Of a stretch of 23,227 nucleotides of DNA, positions 16,768-23,227 are shown piece after piece; the first letter of the stretch is position 1; each line of letters starts with the position of its first letter. A model generated the notes under the pieces. It was not told the DNA's origin and did no database searches. It saw nothing but the letters and a program-made list of their open reading frames with translations. The stretch is from a virus (taxonomy: Duplodnaviria > Heunggongvirae > Uroviricota > Caudoviricetes). Position numbers and translations under genes: made by a program. The DNA lies in the IMG/VR virus record IMGVR_UViG_2565956617_000009, one strand, 5' to 3'.

Positions 16768-16992
16768 TCACGGCTGACGGGATTCTCGACCATCTGCGGA
16801 TGACGATGCAACTCTATACTGACCGATATCGTTAAGCCGCCCGTAATTATCCCGGACTATTTCGGCACACCCGACCAGCTCGTCAGGCGTCAGATTTTCG
16901 TTGACCATAATCTGCTGTAGACGGTGAACAATAGCCATCAGCTTGATATTTTTAGTGTTATGTTGCGGTATCTCGCCTGGTATTCTGTGCAT
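16768..16992 (-). CDS. Small hypothetical protein (74 aa), translationally coupled to the upstream ORF
   Basis: ATG at rc 16990..16992 overlaps the stop of the preceding ORF (TAATG). No recognisable motif. Confidence 0.4.
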   Translation of the reverse strand: MHRIPGEIPQHNTKNIKLMAIVHRLQQIMVNENLTPDELVGCAEIVRDNYGRLNDIGQYRVASSSADGRESRQP

Positions 16993-17444
16993 TATCCAAG
17001 CCACCCGTTTTGCTTTGCACGCTCAATCTGTTCATCTGAATAGCTCCACATCCCATCCGCAGCAACCACTGCCCCGCCAGACAGCCCTGTCACTGACTCA
17101 TACATAACAGCAAGACCGAGCTGATGCATAATTTCATGATTAATTCTGAATACCAGACCACGCTCACCAAGCTCTTTCCAGTTCACAATCTCATATGCGC
17201 CTGTATTAAGCAGCTCAATACTTAGCAAGACATAATCTTCCAGCCAGTCTGACAGGTCAGTAACATCTGTTATCCGGGCTTCAACCTTTCGCCCCGTATA
17301 CACACCCTGCACCCATTCATGCAAAATCAACGTGTCCCCGCGCTCATAATTACGGTCATTTTTCCGAAACTCTGCACGTTTCTTTCCTTCCAGCACAAGG
17401 TCGAAATATTTTGCGTGCAGCTTTACCTCGTGAATTTTTGCCAT
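16992..17444 (-). CDS. ASCH/DUF3850-like small protein downstream of A (P2 orf91 position), with a C-terminal extension
   Basis: Start MAKIHEVKLHAKYFDLVLEGKKRAEFRKNDRNYERGDTLILHEW resembles the ASCH-like/DUF3850 pattern as I recall it. ATG at rc 17442..17444, 19 nt upstream of the A stop. About 150 aa, longer than I would expect for this family. Confidence 0.55.
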   Translation of the reverse strand: MAKIHEVKLHAKYFDLVLEGKKRAEFRKNDRNYERGDTLILHEWVQGVYTGRKVEARITDVTDLSDWLEDYVLLSIELLNTGAYEIVNWKELGERGLVFRINHEIMHQLGLAVMYESVTGLSGGAVVAADGMWSYSDEQIERAKQNGWLG

Positions 17445-19729
17445 GATGTCCACTCCATTACTGTTGAGAATCCCGGCCACTCATCAGTGACCGGATACGT
17501 GAATTTTTTCCCGTCATAATTTACGGTCGCGCCACGCGCCAGCGCCTCAAGTTCCCATCGCTGAGGCCAGATGCCGTTCTGAGCAAGGTCAACACGGATA
17601 CGGGTAATTTGCATACGCTCCGACCGGGTCAGCCTGGCCGATGGCGCTATTTCATTCGGTTTTAACGGGCTTCCGTTTCTTTGCTGACGGTTTGGTGTTC
17701 TCAGGCCGTGTTTTAATGCGCCCCTGAGCGCCCTCACGACCTCCGGGTCATTCCATTCGATAACACCGTCATCAACCAGATTAAGCACGGCTGCGGCGTG
17801 CTCAGAAGGTGTGGGAGCCGGTAACGAAGTATCACCACCGGTGAGCTTTCCACAGTTATTGACAGGACTCCGAGGCGCGGCGATGCCGCTTTTTAAAGTC
17901 AAAGGCTCAACGACCGGCACTTTCGGCACAATGCGCCAGTCCGTCGTTCTGGTGATATGAATATGACGCGCGCCGAGATGCGGCGCGTAAATGCCGACCA
18001 CTCTCTCGACTTCTTCCTCGTACTCGTTAACGTCATCCGACGGGCTACGGGCAACCCTGACAGTCTGACAATCGCGCGGAACATTTGCCCCACCCTGCGC
18101 GCTGATATACAACGCAAAATCACCACTGTCTGCGGCGGCGCGTGCAGCCTCGACGCGCTCGTCAAACTCATCAGCAATGCTGACGCCGCGCGGCAATTTG
18201 CGTAGTTCACGGTAAGCCCCCATTGTCGGCAGACCAACCGTTTTAAATTGCGGGATGCGCCACGTTGACGCCCATGCAGTAACAGCCGCGGCAGTATCTT
18301 TCAGAGGTCTGCCGGTATCGTTATCGAGCTGACCATCCAGTGCATAGCCGTCGATGTTTTTTGAGATGTATTTCGCGATATACCCCGCAGCACCGCCCCG
18401 GTTAAGGTGTTTTGCCTGAAAACGGTTTCGCGCGGCTCCTCTTTCGTCGCCATCCTCTTTGAGCGCATAGCGACGCATGATTTCGATAATCTGGTTACGC
18501 TGGCGCGGATTACAAAAAAGCATCATATGCCAGTGCGGCGTTCCGTCGTGGTGTGGCTCGACGACACGCAAACCGTAGACCTGTAAATCATTATCCTTGA
18601 ATGCCGTGCGCATCAGGCTCCAGATACGGCAGAGATAACGCTGCGCATCCTTTGGATTAAATGCCTCATCGTTCCAGCCGTGATTTAGCTGGACGGTTTT
18701 ACTTTCGCCTTTTCTGACCTGACGTGTCGGGTGATACTTTGACGGCGCGGTCAGCGTGATAAACATCCCCACATCACCCTCTGCTGCGGCGTAACGCTCA
18801 ATACCGGCAATGGTGTTCATCAGCTCCATCCGGCGAATTTCAGGATTAGAAATACTGCCCATCACCTTACTGATAAGGTCGATGCGCTCGCCGGTTTCCC
18901 TGTTTTCAAGGTCACACGATTTAAGAAATTCCAGATTTGCCTGGCGGCGCGCACGCACATCACGAATGGCATGTTTACTGGCATAAGGAGAACGGTCTTT
19001 ATTGACCTCCCCGACAGCTATCAGTAACGCCTCATGCCAGCGCATACGCTGGCCTTTAAGCTGATGAGTCCACCACTCATCGTTAAACAGGCGGGCAATG
19101 GCAGAATATGCCTGCCTCGTGGTCATCTGTCCTTTACGGTATTTTTTCCAGTAGAGCGGGGAAATATTGAAAGCACGTGCAGCGCCAGCAACATGACCAT
19201 AGAGGTGAGCCTGCGCCTCATCCGTAAACAGCGATTCTTTTTCGCCATGTGCATCAACCCAGGCATCGCAGAGTTCCTCATACATCATGAAAAGCTGCGA
19301 TGAGATACGGGCAGCAAACTTTTTCAGCTCCTTGTCATTCATTCCCGGCAGGCGCGCATAGTGGTCACGCTCTGCCAGAAACAGTAACGACGCGTCGGTG
19401 TTCATTTCATGGCGCTGATTCACACGCTCAATGCGCGGCCATAAACGACGCTGAAAAGTGGATGTGAGGAAATAAAACCCGTGCACCGGGCTTTTATTGC
19501 GCCGGATGTAGTCATAGCGTGAAGTAAACAGCGAGCGCAAAAAGTAAGGCAGGCGGTTAATCGTGGATAAAACACCTTGCACCTGACGCATCTCGTCACG
19601 TGTAAGGGGTCTTTCGCGCCCGACAGCCTCGCGTGGCGCGTTCCATGCATAAGCACCGGTAAACGCCTTACCGGTGCCTGCAGCAAATGCTGACGGAGGG
19701 ACAAAACGCCCGGAGGCTTTAACGACCAT
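17423..19729 (-). CDS. A: Replication initiator gpA (rolling-circle HUH endonuclease)
   Basis: Near-identical over long stretches to P2 gpA as I recall it. HUH motif in GTPHWHMMLF and paired-tyrosine motif GAAGYIAKYISK. Start set to the ATG at rc 19727..19729 (MVVKASGRF...), about 768 aa; the ORF track extends to 19771. Confidence 0.9.
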   Translation of the reverse strand: MVVKASGRFVPPSAFAAGTGKAFTGAYAWNAPREAVGRERPLTRDEMRQVQGVLSTINRLPYFLRSLFTSRYDYIRRNKSPVHGFYFLTSTFQRRLWPRIERVNQRHEMNTDASLLFLAERDHYARLPGMNDKELKKFAARISSQLFMMYEELCDAWVDAHGEKESLFTDEAQAHLYGHVAGAARAFNISPLYWKKYRKGQMTTRQAYSAIARLFNDEWWTHQLKGQRMRWHEALLIAVGEVNKDRSPYASKHAIRDVRARRQANLEFLKSCDLENRETGERIDLISKVMGSISNPEIRRMELMNTIAGIERYAAAEGDVGMFITLTAPSKYHPTRQVRKGESKTVQLNHGWNDEAFNPKDAQRYLCRIWSLMRTAFKDNDLQVYGLRVVEPHHDGTPHWHMMLFCNPRQRNQIIEIMRRYALKEDGDERGAARNRFQAKHLNRGGAAGYIAKYISKNIDGYALDGQLDNDTGRPLKDTAAAVTAWASTWRIPQFKTVGLPTMGAYRELRKLPRGVSIADEFDERVEAARAAADSGDFALYISAQGGANVPRDCQTVRVARSPSDDVNEYEEEVERVVGIYAPHLGARHIHITRTTDWRIVPKVPVVEPLTLKSGIAAPRSPVNNCGKLTGGDTSLPAPTPSEHAAAVLNLVDDGVIEWNDPEVVRALRGALKHGLRTPNRQQRNGSPLKPNEIAPSARLTRSERMQITRIRVDLAQNGIWPQRWELEALARGATVNYDGKKFTYPVTDEWPGFSTVMEWTSWQKFTR

Positions 19730-19994
19730 ATGAGCCAAAAGCCTCTGAACAACGCTTGCTGAGTCGCTCAACCTGCGCGTTTAAATCAGCAAAAGACTTT
19801 GCGCTTCCGGTCAGAATATCGTGATGCATCAGGCCGGAAACGAGCTGGTTTAATTTCGGGTAATAACCAACCACCGACAGCCATTCCTGACCGGCGTTTT
19901 TACCGCTTTCCGCTCTCTTTTTCTCGTGGAGAATAAACTGAAAGCTGTCACTGGTAACGACATAACGTTCGCCAATTTCAATACAAATACTCAT
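19719..19994 (-). CDS. Early-operon small protein (P2 orf83 position)
   Basis: 91-aa ORF immediately upstream of A, overlapping its start, in the cox-B-A operon. Confidence 0.6.
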   Translation of the reverse strand: MSICIEIGERYVVTSDSFQFILHEKKRAESGKNAGQEWLSVVGYYPKLNQLVSGLMHHDILTGSAKSFADLNAQVERLSKRCSEAFGSYGR

Positions 19995-20215
19995 GCCGTT
20001 CTCCGGTAATGTTTGTTTTTTGCTTCAAAGACTGACTGACAGGAAACACAACGCGTGGCTGACGGATAAGCCGCACGACGGGCAGCAGGTATTGGCGCGT
20101 CACACTCTTCGCAAACCAGCGCAGAAGCACCGCAATGTTTTACCCTTGCCGCGTTAATCTGACGCTCCAGTAATTCAGCCTGTTGTTCCTGAATAAAATC
20201 TACGTTGTCCGGCAT
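19991..20215 (-). CDS. TraR/DksA-family C4 zinc-finger protein (P2 orf82 position)
   Basis: 74-aa ORF with CxxC...17 residues...CxxC (CEECDAPIPAARRAAYPSATRCVSCQ), typical of DksA/TraR-type zinc fingers. Confidence 0.7.
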   Translation of the reverse strand: MPDNVDFIQEQQAELLERQINAARVKHCGASALVCEECDAPIPAARRAAYPSATRCVSCQSVFEAKNKHYRRTA

Positions 20216-20520
20216 TACCAGCTCCTTTTGTCGTTAAGTTTTTTAAATTCATCAGCGTAATAGCTGGCGATTTCTGTCGTTAATTTTGTCAGTTCATCCA
20301 CGGAGGAGATTTTCTTGTGAAATACAGCGTGTTTAACAAGTAAATTGACCACATCAGACAGGAGATTTAATTCGTTCTGATAAATCGCGATAACAGATTC
20401 AGTTATTTCGCGTTTTTCTTTATCAAGACCAAGTTGAATAAGAGATAAATCGCCATTTTTCATAACGGCGATTTTTAAGGCGTTATTCAGTAATACAACT
20501 GAACGAGAACAGGACATCAA
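20215..20520 (-). CDS. Early-operon small protein (P2 orf81 position)
   Basis: 101-aa ORF, tightly packed with its neighbours in the early operon. Confidence 0.55.
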   Translation of the reverse strand: MMSCSRSVVLLNNALKIAVMKNGDLSLIQLGLDKEKREITESVIAIYQNELNLLSDVVNLLVKHAVFHKKISSVDELTKLTTEIASYYADEFKKLNDKRSW

Positions 20521-20741
20521 AGCACCTCCCCGCGAGACAATCCGATATTGTGAAATTTTTCCGACTCCTGACTGAGCAGCTCGACTATCTCCACGCGGGA
20601 TAACTCCGCCTTTGTGATGTGGCGAATCATGGCGTCAAGATGAGAAGAAAAGCGCGTCGCAGCATCGGCCTGTGCTTCGGTTCTGGCCTGTTGCAGCAGT
20701 AATGCGTATTTACCGCACTGATTTTCAGAAACTGTATGCAT
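20517..20741 (-). CDS. Early-operon small protein (P2 orf80 position)
   Basis: 74-aa ORF overlapping the next ORF by 4 nt, downstream of B. Confidence 0.55.
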   Translation of the reverse strand: MHTVSENQCGKYALLLQQARTEAQADAATRFSSHLDAMIRHITKAELSRVEIVELLSQESEKFHNIGLSRGEVL

Positions 20742-20804
20742 GACTTTCTCCAGGCAAAAAGAAACCCCGCACGATTAAGTGCGTTAAAAACTCTGGTTAA
20801 TTAC

Positions 20805-21305
20805 TTAATGCAGATATTGCTCTGGTTTTACCGACGTCAGAATTGTCGGTGCATACTCAAACAGGCTGAATAATTCACGTAATGCACGGAATAAAGCATC
20901 ACGCCAGTAACATGATTCTTCATTAATTCGCCAGTATGGCTGGTTGAATTCTTTTTCAGTCAATCCGGCATGCATAAATAAAGTACGACGCTGACTGACT
21001 GTTAAAAAACTAATATATGCATACTCACTTGCGCCAACCTGACGGCGTTTTGAGAATGCCCCACGCAATTCATCAATTGCACAAACCAGCCGTTCACGTT
21101 CGACGTCGTTCATTTCTTCAAAACGCATCGTTGCGTGACGCTGTTTTAACTGCGCATGGAAGCAAACCGTTAGCCGTTCGCGTTCCATCATCTGATTATA
21201 ATAATCACATGTATCCTGCCAGCGAGGGACGGCAAGATGCTTGCCAATTATCCGGCGCATAGCTGCTGGCTGTTTTTCAACGAGATTGAGCGTCATCACT
21301 GTCAT
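20805..21305 (-). CDS. B: Replication protein gpB
   Basis: 166-aa ORF, same length as P2 gpB, at the P2 B position in the early operon. Confidence 0.85.
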   Translation of the reverse strand: MTVMTLNLVEKQPAAMRRIIGKHLAVPRWQDTCDYYNQMMERERLTVCFHAQLKQRHATMRFEEMNDVERERLVCAIDELRGAFSKRRQVGASEYAYISFLTVSQRRTLFMHAGLTEKEFNQPYWRINEESCYWRDALFRALRELFSLFEYAPTILTSVKPEQYLH

Positions 21306-21472
21306 TTCCAGACCCTCCGGCTTTTCAGAAAGGTCAGAGCCTTTTTTAACGGACTCTGTTTTTTGGTGCGGATAATGATTCCCTTGCGTCCCTTCCCGTG
21401 GGTGATGGTGAAGTCAATCGCCCTGGGGCTTTCGTTACGCAATAACTGAGCAATACAACGCGGCTCATTCAT
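21302..21472 (-). CDS. Early-operon small protein (P2 orf78 position)
   Basis: ORF 21302..21499 trimmed to the ATG at rc 21470..21472, 2 nt after the cox stop; the longer form would overlap cox by 25 nt. About 56 aa, basic. Confidence 0.45.
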   Translation of the reverse strand: MNEPRCIAQLLRNESPRAIDFTITHGKGRKGIIIRTKKQSPLKKALTFLKSRRVWK

Positions 21473-21474
21473 AA

Positions 21475-21762
21475 TCACAACCCCATCCACAAAAGCCATG
21501 CATCACGCTGTTCAACCGGTCGGTTATAAAACGCCTCACGTACAGCGCGATTAAACTCAGGAATGAAAACCCATTTTTCACCGGCACGAGCCTTCGGTTT
21601 GCAAGGATCACGCAATTCAATAATTGGTAATTTATTTGCCTTCACCATTTCACTGACGGCTGTCTTTGGCTTCCCTAATAAATCAGCAAATTTATCCACA
21701 TGAACCGCATCAAGCGGATACTGAATCACATAATTTTCAGCGTCCATATATGGTACCCTCAT
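21475..21762 (-). CDS. cox: Cox (excisionase / lytic-switch regulator)
   Basis: 95-aa ORF, first gene of the early operon, divergent from C; about the size of P2 Cox (91 aa), with matching KLPVI-like and GEKWV-like segments. Confidence 0.8.
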   Translation of the reverse strand: MRVPYMDAENYVIQYPLDAVHVDKFADLLGKPKTAVSEMVKANKLPIIELRDPCKPKARAGEKWVFIPEFNRAVREAFYNRPVEQRDAWLLWMGL

Positions 21763-21883
21763 AGGATCCAGCCCTTTCTAAACCACTCAAAACCGTTTAG
21801 ACGCTGGTTTATTCTCAAATCAATGGAACCTATATAGGTTCCAGTTTTGAGGGAATTTAGTCCCTATATAGGCACCATGTCAA
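21763..21883. promoter_or_regulatory. Immunity switch region between cox and C, with candidate operators
   Basis: 18-bp perfect palindrome GGAACCTATATAGGTTCC (21825..21842) and a second copy of the core CCTATATAGG (21863..21872) 34 bp away. The TATATA cores could double as -10 elements. Confidence 0.6.
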
Positions 21884-22177
21884 ATGAAATTAAGCGAGAA
21901 GATTAAGGCCTTGCGTGAGGCTGAAGGGCTAAGCCAATCAAAATTCTGTGAAATCATAGAGTTACCGCTAAGCACACTTAAAAAATATGAAGGAGGAAAC
22001 TTTGAACCCGGTGGCACAGCTTTGCTAAAAATCACTATGCATCCCACATTCCAAAAATATGCTCTATGGCTTATGACAGATAAAACCGCGCCGGACGCAG
22101 GACAAATCGCACCGGCTCTCGCGCACATTGGGCCAGAGTCAACAGAGTCCAACCACTCCGCGAAAAGGATTGGCTAA
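21884..22177 (+). CDS. C: Immunity repressor C
   Basis: 97-aa ORF similar to P2 C (99 aa) as I recall it: helix-turn-helix region at the N-terminus and a shared C-terminal segment GQIAPALAH. Confidence 0.85.
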   Translation: MKLSEKIKALREAEGLSQSKFCEIIELPLSTLKKYEGGNFEPGGTALLKITMHPTFQKYALWLMTDKTAPDAGQIAPALAHIGPESTESNHSAKRIG

Positions 22178-22246
22178 CTCTATATAAAGATTACATTTTC
22201 ACCATTTGCTACCAAGATGGTGAATACAGCGCCGGAGGGCTTTCTT

Positions 22247-23227
22247 ATGGCAATTAAGAAGCTCGATGATGGTCGCTATGAAGTGGACATTAGACCTCGC
22301 GGTCGCGACGGAAAACGCATCCGCAGGAAATTCGAAAGAAAAGCTGAAGCACTAGCATTTGAGCGATACACAATCGCCAATGCCAGTCAGAAAGAATGGG
22401 GAGGCCAGCGAGCAGACCGCCGGACTTTGAGTGAGTTGCTGGACATCTGGTGGAAATATCACGGGCAAAACCACGAGCATGGAACAAAAGAGTTTAATCA
22501 TCTACTCAAAACCATCAGCGGCATAGGTGATATACCAGTGAGCAGGATGAGCAAAAGGGCTTTGATGGATTATCGTTCCATGCGACTACGTGATGGTATC
22601 AGTGCCGCAACGATAAACCGTGACATGTACCGATTATCCGGCATGTTCACAAAATTAATTCAATTGGATGAATTTTCCGGGCAACACCCAATTCACGGAC
22701 TGCCGCCACTGGCGGAGGCCAACCCTGAAATGACGTTCCTGGAAAAAGCAGAAATCGAAAAACTGTTAAATGTTTTGGCTGGTGATGACTTACTTGTCGC
22801 GCTTTTATGTCTGAGCACTGGAGGAAGATGGACGGAAGTTGCCACGCTAAAACCAGCACAGATTACAAATTGCAGGGTTACCTTCCTGAAAACCAAAAAC
22901 GGTAAAAAGCGAACCGTGCCGATTTCTGAGGAACTGGAGAAAAAAGTTAAAGAGGAGGCCAGCGCCAAATTATTCAAAGTTGATTATGAGAAATTTTGCG
23001 GGATTTTACGCAGAGTGAAACCTGATATACCACCCAATCAGGCAACCCACATCCTGCGGCATACATTCGCAAGCCATTTCATGATGAATGGGGGCAATAT
23101 AATCGCACTGCAACAGATTCTGGGACATGCGAGCATTCAGCAGACGATGGCCTATGCGCACCTTGCGCCTGACTATCTGCAAAATGCCGTCGCTCTGAAT
23201 CCACTAAAAGGCGGAGTGACGTTATAA
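22247..23227 (+). CDS. int: Tyrosine integrase
   Basis: ORF 22217..23227 trimmed to ATG 22247 (MAIKKLDDGRYEVDIRP..., the P2 Int N-terminus as I recall it), with GGAGGG 8 nt upstream. C-terminal catalytic region HxLRHTFASHF...ILGH...YAH. Stop is at the window end. Confidence 0.9.
   Translation: MAIKKLDDGRYEVDIRPRGRDGKRIRRKFERKAEALAFERYTIANASQKEWGGQRADRRTLSELLDIWWKYHGQNHEHGTKEFNHLLKTISGIGDIPVSRMSKRALMDYRSMRLRDGISAATINRDMYRLSGMFTKLIQLDEFSGQHPIHGLPPLAEANPEMTFLEKAEIEKLLNVLAGDDLLVALLCLSTGGRWTEVATLKPAQITNCRVTFLKTKNGKKRTVPISEELEKKVKEEASAKLFKVDYEKFCGILRRVKPDIPPNQATHILRHTFASHFMMNGGNIIALQQILGHASIQQTMAYAHLAPDYLQNAVALNPLKGGVTL

Noticed and set aside
16517-16835. 84-aa minus-strand and 66-aa plus-strand ORFs in the AT-rich leader
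   Set aside because: Low-complexity products with no ribosome-binding site; the region is better explained as the promoter/leader of the methyltransferase operon and the 3' end of the 74-aa ORF.
17899-18237. 112-aa minus-strand and 82-aa plus-strand ORFs
   Set aside because: They are nested inside replication gene A in other frames.
19034-19752. 89-aa plus-strand and 110-aa minus-strand ORFs
   Set aside because: They are nested in or antisense to A.
21880-22152. 90-aa minus-strand ORF
   Set aside because: Antisense to repressor gene C.
22290-22977. Three minus-strand ORFs of 65 to 94 aa
   Set aside because: Antisense to the integrase gene.
1-23227. CRISPR arrays, tRNA or rRNA genes, insertion sequences
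   Set aside because: I saw no regularly spaced direct repeats, no cloverleaf-like conserved tRNA features and no transposase-like ORF or terminal inverted repeats; the whole window is explained by a P2-like prophage plus two cargo islands.

Overview
This window is the right arm of a P2-like (Peduovirus-type) prophage, in inverted orientation relative to the conventional P2 map. From the sequence I can read: the 5' part of tail fiber gene H, then on the minus strand I-J-W-V, an AT-rich extra ORF, S-R, the lysis cassette (lysC/lysB/lysA/K/Y), X, L, M, N and O; on the plus strand P and Q with a terminator; an exact P2-type 19-nt cos sequence (13323..13341); then the early region (A, B, cox and small ORFs) on the minus strand, and C repressor and integrase on the plus strand. 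The cos site is internal, which fits an integrated prophage. The most interesting content is a low-GC two-gene operon between cos and the end of the A operon, the position where P2 carries tin/old: a complete DNA cytosine-5 methyltransferase followed 4 nt later by a 670-aa GHKL (Bergerat-fold, MORC/MutL/Hsp90-like) ATPase whose C-terminal part has a possible PD-(D/E)xK-like nuclease signature. I interpret it as a candidate restriction-modification-like or defence module, and I cannot assign it to any named system from memory. A second AT-rich ORF with an HNH-type motif sits between S and V (the P2 orf30 slot). All assignments are from reading the ORF translations and the DNA; no database search was run.
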